DNA of 64,000 nt, taken from assembly GCA_964016885.1 (NCBI GenBank), contig OZ024741.1, positions 359,352,001 to 359,416,000 on the forward strand, written 5' to 3'. The DNA comes from Eledone cirrhosa (lineage: Eukaryota). Positions 39,601-52,566 of the stretch are shown piece by piece (positions within the stretch are counted from its first letter, which is position 1; every line of letters begins with the position of its first letter). Under the pieces are notes generated by a model, which saw only the letters and a list, made by a program, of their open reading frames with translations, made no database searches and was not told the origin of the DNA. Made by a program: the position numbers and the translations under genes.

Positions 39601-42600
39601 GATTCACATCCATCAACTGGGGTTTTTTTCCGGGGTGGGGGGAAAAGGTCTGTCGGACAAGTCCGGAACGCGTCTTTCGCTGTTTGTTGTTTTGAATATC
39701 TGAGGTATTCGGCAGAGCGCGCGTGCGCGTGAAATGGGGTCGGTCGTACAGAGGTCAGCGGCCGAATGAGGGAGTGGGATGGCGCAAGCTGTCAGTCCAT
39801 TCTCTGCCTGTTTGTTAAATGTTACTGTGTGTGTGTGTGCGTGTGTTGTTGTCTCGCTTGAGTGTGTGTGTTGTTGCCTTGTTCATCTGTATTGGCAGTG
39901 TAGTATGTTAGTATGTTCGTATGGTGGAATGCTACTGTGTGTGTGTAGTTGTCTCGTTTGCGTGTGTTGTGTGTTGTTGCATCGCTTGTTAACTTAAACC
40001 AGCCATTTCATTTCGCTTCTCTCTGATCGGTTGTTTATTTGCGGTTGCAGTCGTTTGATAAAAAGCGCTTCCTTGATACGTAACGTGCCGACGTTTCTTT
40101 CAGTCGCTAGAATTGTGACAATGGGCCTTCCGTCTTTGTTTCCGCATTTGTCTATGTGTTTCCGGAAAGACGAGGCCCTGGTTTTAGTGTGTTCCTTGAT
40201 CCGGATGTGCAAAGGTCGAATTGTGCTACCTATGTAGTATTGGTTGCACCTGTCACATTCTATCTTATACACGACGTATGTGCGTAGGCAACGGTTAGCA
40301 TGGCGTATCGGGCAGTCTCTGAGGGAGCATGCGTCAGTAGATTTTTCGGGTTTCCTGGAGAGGCATCTTCGCAGGGAGGGGCCCGAGAGGGCCAGGTGGA
40401 TGTCGAGGCCCTCTCTCCGTATAGCCTTGCGGTTAAAATGCCACACCTGGGCGAGAAAACCACCAATGCATTGGTGGTTTTCTCGCCCAGGTGTGGCATT
40501 TTAAGGAAGCACTTGCCTTGGGTGCTTCTCTGTCTCTTGCGTCTGGTGTCTCCTATTCTGTCTGTGATCGAGGTAGGGTACCCGTTCGTCTCCAGCACCT
40601 CGAGGAATCGCTTGGTATGAGTGACACCACTCGCGGGATCGCTGCATCTGTTTTTGATTCGCGCGATCTCGTTCGTGATGTATCCTCTTTTGGCACTGTT
40701 AGGGAGGGCGGACTTGTAGTGAACGAATAGGTCCCTGCAGGCTGCCTTTCTGTAGAAGTTGCAGTGGATCCCTCCTTGTTCCGTGATGTTGATTCGGAAG
40801 TCGAGGAGGGCAAGTGACCCGTCTTCGTTGGGGTGTTCAACACTGAAGTCAATGTTCTCGTCCATGTTGTTGAACGTCTCATAGATTCTGTTCGCCGTGT
40901 CTTGGGAAGATGTGAGGATGAGGATATCGTCCACGTATCTTGAGAAAAAGGCTACGGCGTTGGGGTGGCAGGCGTTGAGTGCCTTGCGTTCAAGGTTGTC
41001 CATGTAGGAGATCGCTAGCACACCTGATAGGCTTGATCCCATGGGCAATCCCGAGGTTTGTTGGTATATTTGGTCAAGGAATCCGAAGTAGATGTTGTCG
41101 ACGACGATGGATAGGAGTTGGTGGATGTCAGTGGTGGTGAGCCCGAAGCAGTGTAGGTCGGTGGATTGGACGCGTTCCATTAGTATATTGACGGGCGGGA
41201 GTGCCGGGACCGAGGTGTAGAGAGCGACTACATCAAGGCTGAAGGCATATCTGTTATTCCTTCTGGTGTCGGGATCCATTTGATGCAGGCGCTTCAACAC
41301 CTCCTCGGAGCTGTTAACGTGTCCCGGCAAGGTGTCTAAGATGGGTTTGAGTATTCTGGCTAGGAGCCATGAAATTTTGTAGAGTGGTCCCTCCACGCTC
41401 GATACGATGGGCCTGATTTTCAGGTCGGGTCCCTGTTTGTGTGTTTTCACGAGGTGGTAGAAGGCGGGTAGTCTGCTGTTCCTCGTGAGGAGGTTGTATC
41501 TCAGCTTCTTCGGGAGCTTCCGCCGGTCGCAGATGTTGGTCCAGGCGGAGTTGATGTGTTCTTCTATCTGCGCGGGAGTGATTCCCGTGACCTTGGAGTA
41601 GAGGTTGTCATCGTCAAGGTGTTGGAGGGCCAGGGTGTTGTAGGCCTCTCTGCTGATGACGCAGAATTCTTTTCCCTTGTCGGAGGGGAGATAGATGACG
41701 TTCTTCGATTTTAGGTTGGAGAGAGTGGTGAGTTGAGATTTGGTGAGGTTATGTGTTGTGCGTGTGTGTGTGTGTGTTTGTGAAGTATATCCGAGATGGA
41801 GTGTTTTAGCCTGATGAGTTTAGTGTCGAGTTCGTGGTTGGTGGGTGGGGGGTTTAGTGGGTTGTCGGGGTGGTAAGTGGGGAACTTGGGGTGGGTTGTG
41901 TCGGCGCTGTTGATAGCGGTCACCCATTTAAGTTGGTAAGCGGCTCGACAAAAGTTGGCCTCGATGTTGAGTTTGAGTCTGTCGTCAAGACGTTGTGTGA
42001 CGATGAACTTAGGTCCGAGGTGTAGGAGTTTCAGCTCGTCGCTCGTGAGAGTGCCGGTTAGGTCGGTGACCAGGTACGTCGCGTCGTTGAGGTATGGCTC
42101 GGTGTTGGTGGTTGCGGTGGTGGCGGTTAAGTTGTTGTTTTCCACGTGGTTCTGGTCCGTCTGTTCGTTAGTGTCGATGTTCTCGTTGTGGCGTTTCGAC
42201 AAGATCCACTCATATTTCCGCTTGAGCCGTTTTTTCTGGTATTGGACTCTGGAGTGGTAGCACTGGTCGATTGCTTTAGTGATTTTCAGGAGCAAGTCCC
42301 CGGGTGCTATTGGCAGTCGATGTGTCCGCTCTGAGAGTGTCCGCTTATGGACGTGTAATTGGCGGTTGAGATGTCTCAGGATCTGTTTAATACACGTCCG
42401 ATGTATGCGGTTAGTGGTGTTTTGGAAAGCTGGTGTACGTAGGCTTACTGGTAAGCGGATGTTCTTGATGGTGTTGGGGATGACATCGTTTTTTAGGCAG
42501 CGTTTCAGGAAAATAATTTGGCAGCCAGCGTTAGCCCATTTCTCCGACAGTCTAAACAGTTCCCTTACGGATGCAAACAATTCCTGGCTCAGGTGTAAGG

Positions 42601-43521
42601 ATAAGAGAGTATTGAAGTTTGCTTGAAGCATTGTGGAACAATAAGTAAATATCTTTAAGTCGTTTGGAAGCCTCGACAATGCAAATGGGTAAATCTCCGG
42701 GTAACAAGGTCCGGTGGTGGAGAGAGAGATGTAAGAGGGTGTACGTTGAGATGCGTGGTGTGTATAAGATGTGTGAGATGTGTAGAATGAAGGGAAGAGT
42801 ATAAAGGATAAAAATAAAAATAACAACACAAGAGAGATCTAATACATATTTTATTGATCTCTTTTTTCTCAAACCATTAAGTTATGGGATACACATATAT
42901 ATATATATACATTGGGTTTCTGCAGTTTCCATGTACTAAATTCTACTCATAAGACATTGATTAACACGAGGCTATAGTAAACATTTGCCCAAGTTGCCGC
43001 ACAGCATGACTGAACCCAGAACCACGTGGTTATAATGTGAACTCCTTAATCAACTATGCATAAATCTTGGTTATTACAAATATTATCAGTTTCGTGGGTT
43101 GTAGATGCCTATCTCAAATGTAAGGCAGCAAATTTGCTGAGTTGTTAGAATGTGAAATAGAATGCATTGTAGTATTCATTCCAGCTCTCTGCACTCTGAG
43201 TTTAAAATCCGCCAATGTCAATTTTGCCTTTCGTTCTTTGAAAGTTGATAAAAGAAGTACCAGTCTTTTTCAAAGAAGAAGAAATCAGATGTGTTCAGTA
43301 CTGGAGAGGGATGGGCTCTGCCAAGTTTAAGTAAACAAATAGTTTTGTATTTAAAACCAAGGGTGGTTTCAGGTGGTTTGGAATCAAAAGAATTAATCAC
43401 AGTTTGATATTTTTTTCTGCTTATTTCAGAGAAAGACTGCTAAATCAAAAGAAAAAAGACAGAAAAAACTACAGGTACGCACCATCATCAATGTCACTAA
43501 AATATATATTAATCAAATGGT

Positions 43522-43556
<35 letters not shown>

Positions 43557-46500
43557 CAGTGTGCATGAATGGTAAAGCATGGTTGAGCTGAGAGAAAAAT
43601 TGGGCAAGAGGAACCAGATGTAGTGTGCAAGAGAGATTGTGCTGTTATGGACATGTAATGTGTATGATAATTGTTGGTTGAAGTGCCAAGAGACCTCAAT
43701 GGAAGGAAGCTGCAGTGGAGGTTAGGACTGATCTCAAAGTATTGACACTCACAGTGAATATGGTGAAGGAAAAGACCTGTCCAACTCATGCCAGTATAGA
43801 AAAACATGCATAAAAGGATGATGATATTCAATTCAAAAACATGCTACCTAGTTTATGTTTTTGTTTGTATCTCTTAATTGGTGAAGGTGTGTGGCTTACA
43901 CTACAGCTAACACATACACACATGTACTTCCCTGACATTTGTGTATTATTCTATACATACACCAGTAATGCACTGGGTAATTGCTGGCCTTGTGCCTAAA
44001 GTAGAAACAATTATTCTATACATACACCTTTGACGAGTTGTAGTGCACCTGAGCACTTTACACAATAATTTCATTATTATAAAACAAGGATGATGGAGGT
44101 TAAACTCTTTCATTACAATATTTCTAATGAAAGACACTGCCTATCTATGATTTTCAAATAATTTCATAAATAATCAAGAATTCGAAAGGATTTAATAAAA
44201 TAACTTCCTCATTATTAAGCTGGTATTTGCTATAGAACTTAACAAAGGTTCTTACATCAATTTATGATGGAAGGGTTTTAGATAATTATAAACACCGTAA
44301 AATAAACAGCTTTGTATTGAGGAATCAGGGGCAGTTTGGCATCAAAAGCATTAAGATTTGCAGATAGGAGAAGATGCAATCGATTATTATGGGCCAACAC
44401 TAAGCCTTTTATGTGATCACTCATCCTACTAGAAATACTAGCTAAATCTACCTCAAATTCCTTACTATTATCTTGAGTTAGGCAGAGGGATCAGAGCTGG
44501 AATGTCTTTGATCATAAGTTTTCTAAACACTAATAACTAGGTAATGAAATTTACAGCTCCCATCTATCCAGGTTTGGCTGGCCTCCTACAAGGTTGTATC
44601 TCATGGAAGGTTTATTAGGTGTTTTGATTATCAGAGCCCCAGTCATTGTCCCTCACATAACGTTTTAAACAGTCTTCAAACTGATGATGATGGCTGTAGT
44701 CTGACTTGACATTTTAGTTGATAGGGCAACTCATTGATGTTCACTAAATCTACAACCTACTTTATATGTGTAACTCTTTTGCTGTCAATTGTTAAATTTT
44801 GTCTTAGGTTGTTATGTTTTTTTGTCCTATCATGTTGATGACTGCTCAAATCTATTGAGGTTTAATTGGCTTCCAACAATGATATATTCTTAGGTATTTT
44901 AATAATAGAGACCCAGTTCTATCACGACAATGATGGCTATAGTCATGATGGTTATTGGTAAAAGTATAATAGCAAAATTTGCCATGTAAGCTTTTAAAAA
45001 TTGACTTGAGATTTTGTCTTCTAATTTTTAGGAAATTACTCGTTTAAAGGCATCAATTGCAAAAGTTGAAGCTGCTAATAAGGTAAGTTAATAAATTTGT
45101 TTTATCAAATAGCATGACAGACAGTTAGGAAATTTACACAAAAGATATGTTTGTATCCCAATTTTTAGAATAAGTATACCATAGCCCTGTGTCGTAAGCG
45201 GCAACTAAAAGAATTGGCATCAGGGAGAGCATCCAACTGTAAAACATAGTCATAAACCATCCTGTCCAACCCATGTCAGCAGGTAAAAGTGAACATAAAA
45301 ACAATGATGATGGCAGTTTTTCAGTATTGATTGTTTCATTAAAAAAATATAGTATAAAATTCACTGTTTATGGAATATTTCATTAATATTCCTTTAATTC
45401 TTTCGTGACCATATTTTTAATGAAATACATTACTATTTCAATTAACTAATGAAGATTTTTGAGGAATTTACTAAAATAATTAATTATTTCATTATTAAGA
45501 TTGTTACTTAATGTATGATTCATCACCGTTTTACGTCCGTTCTTCCACGCTAGCATGGGTTAGACGGGTTGTCCTGTTGTGGACAGTGTCCGGTCGACTT
45601 ACCTTGTCTTGCTCATACGGGAACTGATTCTGGCTTGATTTCTGCAGCTGGATGCCCTCCCTAACACCAACCTCATTTACAGTGAGTGCTGGGTGCTTTT
45701 TTTCCATGACACCTACACGTCCACTTTACAGTGTGGGCTGGGTGATTTTTTGCCGTGGCACCTCCACGACCACTGGAGCAATTTGAAATAAAGTGTCTTG
45801 CTCAAGGAAACAACACATCACCTGGTCTGAGAATTGAACTCACAACCTTTCGATTGCAAGCCCAATGCTCTAACCACTAAGCCATGCGCCTTCTTATATA
45901 CAATTGTATTGGAAGATTTTAATTTAAATGGGTGGTTTTGTTTCGTAGAACCAGTACCTGTTTAATCAAATTGGTTAATTGGTACAGATTTTCTGACATA
46001 ACCATGTTTCAGGTTCAATCCAATTGCACAGCACCATGGGCAAATGTTTACTATACCTTTGGCTCAATTGATGCCTTGTAATAGTGAGAGCTGGAGAGGG
46101 CAAGAGAGATGGAGGTGATGACTGGGAGTTCGGACCTGGTGTACATGTGTGTGCATTTGTCCCTAGATTACACATTTGAAAAAACTATTTGTAGATATAC
46201 TGATACTTGTGAGTGAATCTGGTTGGTGAACACTGAGAAAGCCCATTGTATAAACAAAGGGTTTGAAGGACACAACCACCTCCATCCAGTACATTCTGTA
46301 AAGTGGTTGGTGTTAGAAACAGCATCCTTATAAGATTCTTAGTTGTGTCAAAGATACGACAACCTCCCTAGTGTTCAAGCCACAATGAAGGGCATCCTGC
46401 CATAGAAACCCTGCCAAAACTGAAAAGTGTAAACTAGGTGTGATCCCAGGTCCACTTAAGACAGTATCTTTGATAAAGTACTGTGTCAGTACATCTTCAA

Positions 46501-49500
46501 ACCAACACTGTTGAAAGCAAGCAGTGTGGTTTCTGTCCTGCTGACCAGTTCAATGAAGATATGCCATAGGAAACCTGCCTCATAAAACATAGTCCAACCC
46601 AAGCAAATGTAACAGTCTGGAAGTGTACTGGGTACATTCTGTTGTGGCACCAATGCTTTACTGAGTGTACCACAACTAGAGACTGTAATGTGTATAGCCA
46701 GAATGGAGAGTGTTTTCAAACCCTACATTGTCTCTGAACGCCCTGCCCATTACAGTTTAGTGTGCACTAAGGTTGTCATATACTCAACCAGGATGGTGAC
46801 TCCTTTCTACCTTATATTGTCTATGATTTATTTGGTAAGAGATTTAATTTGACACTAAGACTTTAATAAATTGTTTATTTATCTATCTCTAACTTTCCAG
46901 CTGGAGGACCCCTTGTCTATGTTGATGCCATTTAAAAAATTTGAAAGAAATGGGTATGTTTCAATTTACATAGATGTTTATTGTATAACTGAATTTTTTT
47001 TTTATTCTCTTGGTTATTTAACCTTTTCATGACCTTACTAAGATAGTAACTTAACATAGAGTGCTTTGATAAAATTATGTTGAAAATTTTATTTAAATAG
47101 GATCCTTTTAGAATGGCTAGTTTGCTTTCATAGAACCAGAGCTGCTTTTGAAATGGTTGGTGTAGTGACCATATTTCTAACAAGAATATACAGCTTTTGT
47201 GTTTTAATTATCAAAGTAATCAAGAATTATGAGAGGTTTAGTAAAATAAGCAACTCTCAAATTAATAACAAAAAAATAAATATTTAATTACTGAAATCTA
47301 ATATCATCTGCCATGTAATGGGGGGTGAAGGGATAGTCAATTACATTGACCCCAGTGCTTGACTGGTACTTTATTTTATCGACCTCAGAAGGATGAAGGG
47401 TAAAGTTGATCTTTGTGAGATTTGAACTCAGAAAGTAAAGGGCCATAACCAAACACTGCAAAGTATTTGTCTGCCAATACACCATCCTTATCTGTCATGT
47501 TATAATGAAATTTCACTCCAAGATAGTCTGGTATCAAAAGAGTTTATAGAGAAAACTTGTTAATTTAATGTAACTAAAGTAATGTTAACTCTTTTGTTAC
47601 CATATTTCTAATAAAGGACACTGCCTATGATTTTCAAATAATTTTGAAAATAATGAATTTGGATAGAATTAATAATAATGTATACTAACAATGTTTGTGT
47701 TTTACTATTTTTGGCAATTAGGACATGAGCCTCCCCAAATGTAACAATAATAATGTAATTAATTTTCTTATTACCAAGTTGCTATTTGAAGCATAGCATA
47801 ACACTTTCCTGACATTTGTACATTATTCTATGTACTATACATGCACCTTTGATGAGTTGTAGTGCACCTGAGCACTGTACACAATAATTTTCATTATTAT
47901 TATAACAAAGGTTCTTACATAAAATGATTGTGGAATGTTTTAAATAAATATCAACACTTTAAAACAGTCTTGTATCATAGAACCAGGGGCAGTTTCATGT
48001 GGTTTGGTATCAAAAGGGTTAACATTTAACATCTTGTAATGATTTAGCAGAAAATATCTAAAAACAGGTTTGTTAATTCAAATGTTTATACTCTTTTTAA
48101 AGGATAGATCATCATCATCATCATTTTACGTCCGCTTTTCCCTGCATTTTTTAAATTAGCAGTATGAGAGTAAAGATTTAATTTTTAATGTGATGCAGTC
48201 ATAGTGTTGTTTTGTACTTTTCAAGAATGTCTTGCTAACGTGGTTTCATATGGTACAGAAAATTGAGTTCAGTAATCTGAAAGTAGTCATATTTTATCTT
48301 CCCAGATTAAACGTCAAAATAGATTGTTCCAAAGTGACAGAACTTGATAAAGAAACAACTGAGTGGGCTTTCCAGTTGACAAAATCAAATATGCAGTCAT
48401 TGTAAGAATTATACTCTTTTAATACCTTTATTTGTTTTTTTTTTATAATAGTGCTGGTGCCATGATAAAATGTACCCAGTAGACTCTGTAAATGGTTGAC
48501 CACCAAATGGAGCCAATATAGAGTAGAGAGAACTCCAGTCAGGTCATGTGCATGACAACATCTCCAGTGCTGGTGCCATATTAAAATGCTCCTAGTACAC
48601 TGTAAAATGTTAGTGTTAGTGCCATGATAAAATGCACCAGGTATACTCTGTAAAGTGTACTGGTGTCACAGTAAAATGTACCCAGTACACTCTTTAAAGT
48701 GGTAGTGTTGAAGCCACTGTAAAATGTACCCAGCACACTAAAGTGGTAGTGTTAGTGCAATGATAAAATGTACCCAGTGCACTTAGTAAAGCATTGGCAT
48801 TAGGAAGGGCATCCAGCTGTAGAGATTATGGAAAGTATGATCAAGATGTGGATCTTCGACTGATGACCCAGCTAACCCATCTTGGCATGGAAACGCAAAT
48901 GAAAATATGTGTATATAAACTTGCTATTGTGTGGATAGTGTTAAAGATTATTTAAAAGATAAAGATTAGTCTTTTTTTATTGAAATTTAAAACAATACCC
49001 ATTTATATTTTTATTTTTCTCTCTTTTATTAGATATGAAGCAAGTGACTGGGGCTGGAGTGATCGTGATAAAAAATCTGAAATGACAGAAGACAAAGCCT
49101 GGTATTTGATAGCTAGAGATGTGGAGAGCAACAAGCCAGTAGCTTGTGTTCATTTTAGATTTGATTTAGAATGTGATGATGAGGTACTTTATTGGTAAGT
49201 TTCTCTCGTTATTATTATTATTATTTGGCAGTATCGGTAGAGGGTCGGACGCCATGCTTTGACGCATAGAGTTACGGCCCTTGCCATTCTCAGTTCAAAT
49301 CCCGCCGAGGTTAACTTTGCCTTTCATCCTTACGAGGTCGATAAAATAAAGTACCAGTAATGTACTGGTTAATTTCTGGCCTTGTGCCAAAAGTAGAAAC
49401 AATTATTAGGTGGTTTGGCAGTATCGGGTGAGCGTCAGACACCATGCTTTGCAGCATAGTTATGGCCCTTTATTTTCTGAGTTCAAATCCTGCCATGGTT

Positions 49501-52500
49501 AACTTTGCCTTTCATCCTTACAGGGTTGATAAAATAAAGTACCAGTAATGCACTGGTGAATTGCTGGCCTTGTGCCAAAAGTAGAAACAATTATTAGGTG
49601 CAATATTGTTCTTCAGTCAAGTCAATGACCAACCCTAGTGCTGGCGTCATGATAAAATGCACCATGTATAGTAGTTAGCATTATGATGAGCATCCAGTTG
49701 TAGAAAACCTGCCAAACAGGTTTGAGAGGACTCTTCAGTTGTGTCAAAGACAAGACAACTTCCTTAGTGCTAGTGCCACAATAAAATGTTCCTAGTACAC
49801 TCTGTAAAACGCTGGAACATATGTAAGCGAAATGCAGGCCTCTAATTTAAGTACTGATTCAGTCTGTGATGACCTGTCCAATCAGTGGACGTTAAATGAT
49901 AACAATCAGGATTTATCATGGACATTCAGACAATTTTTGGCTACCACAAAGCACTAGTCAACCAAAGGTTATATAGAAGACACTGAGTGCATCTAAATTC
50001 ATGTTGCAGAGCAAACCCCTTACCCATGCCTGTACATATATTTCAGTAGCATCTTTAATATCTTTGACTTAATTATCATCATTTTTATGCCAGTTTTCCC
50101 ATTTGTGCATAGACTAGTACAAAATCTCTTTACTGACAGGTTTTCTGTGGCCAGATGCTCTTATTGCTGCCAACCCATGCCGGTAATTGTTTATGAGAGA
50201 CGTAAACAGCTGTTGCGACAGGCTTGTAGCAATGTTGATATGGTAACAACTGGCATACAGACACACTTAGTGCACAGCAGGATTGAACATAAACAGCATA
50301 GTTGTGAAGTGTATTCTTGAGCCCTGTAGCCAATGCTTAGTTTTTTCCGATCTGTTACCATATTTATAATGAAAGACACTGGTTCATGATTTTCAATTTT
50401 GAAAATAACCAAAGATCTGAAATGATTTAGTAATATAACTAACTTTTTCATTATTTATTTGGTGTTTAAAACACAACTTAACAAAGGTTCTTACTTGATA
50501 AAAAGTTCTTTAGATGAGTGTAAATACTTTAAAACAAGCATTTTTGTATCAAGCCAACAAGCTAGTTTCTACATGCTAGAAATGATAGCCAAATCTTTCT
50601 CAAATTGCCTTCTTTGATCTTGAAAAATATAGGACATTAGATAAGGTAGTTAAAGATACTCTGTCTGAAAAACACATGATGGTTATGGCTGGAAAACTTT
50701 TGATCAATCAAATGTCTACTTGACCAAGGCTGACCTGGGGCTAAATAACATTAACAACTATGTATTGTTAATCATTTTGATACCCCTACCCCACAACAAA
50801 AAAAGCCCAGATCTGGTTCTGTGAAACAAAACCACTTATTTAAAAAAGTTTCTATTTAGATAAATAGTTTATTAATATAATTTACAAATGCTATATTAGT
50901 AATGAAATATCTGATGGCATGTGGCCTAGGGGTTAAGGTGTTAGACTCAATCAAAAAGTTGTGAGTTTGATTCCTTGACTAAGTTGCACAGTGTGTTATG
51001 TAAGATTGTTTATTTGCTTTTTATGATATGACCATGGCCCCATTCAAAACACCTGAGAAACTTTCTATGCAATACAATGTCATAGGAGGTTAGCTAAACT
51101 TACATAGGTGTGAGATATTTCATATTTTTTTCATTTCAACATTAGAATAACTAAATATAGTAACTTGAGTTTTATCTATTTTCTTTTCAGTTATGAAATC
51201 CAAATTATGCCTGAGGCACGACGGAAAGGACTTGGTAAATTCTTAATGCAAATACTGGAGTTACTTGCTCATAAGTAAGTATGCTTTTATATAAATACAT
51301 ATTTACATTATAAGGTGCCTGTTTGGGTGTGTGGTTAGGAAGTTAGTTTCAGGTTTAGTGTCTTCCACTATAGTGCCGAACTAACCAGTGCCATATGAGT
51401 GAATTTAGTAGACTGAAACTGTAGAAAGACTAGGAGGACCCATCAGTTGTGTCAAGGCATGACAACCTCCCTAGTGTTTGGTGATCTACATGATAAATGC
51501 ACTCAGTACACACTGTAAAGTGGTTGGTGATAGGAAGGACATCTAGCCGTAGAAAGCTTGCCAAACAAAGGGCTGGGAGGACCCTTGGTTGTGTCAAAAA
51601 CATGACAACCTCCCCTGTGCACAACCATACATAAGTGAGACAACAGATCCCTAGCTTGTCTGGGAGATCTGTAGCCACCACTTCAGTACTGACTTGGTCT
51701 ATTGTACAAACACACATATGTGGATACTTTTGTCTAGACAATTTCTTACCCTTGAATTATATATGTATATATAAACATGTGTGTGTGTGTGCTGTGAACA
51801 TCATATCAACACCATTTACAAAATTTGTAATGACCATTGCTTATGTTAGGCAGTGTTACAGTTTGATAAATATTTAGTGTCAGACACCATACTTAGGATA
51901 ATGTACGAATTGGTGTCAAGAAGGTCACCAGGCCATAGAAAACCTGCCAGAAAAGAATTATTTTTCAATACAGGTTCTTAAGTTTAACTCTTAACATATA
52001 ATGATTTAGCAAAAAATATCTAAATGTGGGTTTCTTTATTCAACTTTTTAAAGGAATTTTACTACTAGACAGATCGTTGTCGAATTTGAAGTATTAGAGT
52101 ATAGTCTTCATTTTTAATGTAATGCAGTCATCGTACTGTTTTGTGTGTTTCAAGAAAGCAGTGTTCATGTGATACAAAATATTAATGGTTGAAGCAGTTT
52201 TTTTTGTCATAGAACCATGGCTGGTTTCAAGCTGTTTGGTATCAAAAGTGTTATGCTATTTTTCAACTGTTTTCTGACTCAATCTATTCATACTTATATT
52301 TTCAAATTATGTTAAATCTCTCCATTGTAGAACAGACATGAGGAAAGTGATGCTGACTATATTTAAACACAACCCTGTTGGAAGAGACTTTTTTGTAAAT
52401 AAGCTAAAGTAAGTTAGTTTTTTTTAATTCTTTTACTACTTTCGGTCATTAGACTGTGACTATGCTTAGTACTTATTTTTTTAACTGCATTTGTCAAAAT

Positions 52501-52531
52501 ACTAAGTTATGGAACAGAAACATAGTCACAG

Positions 52532-52566
<35 letters not shown>

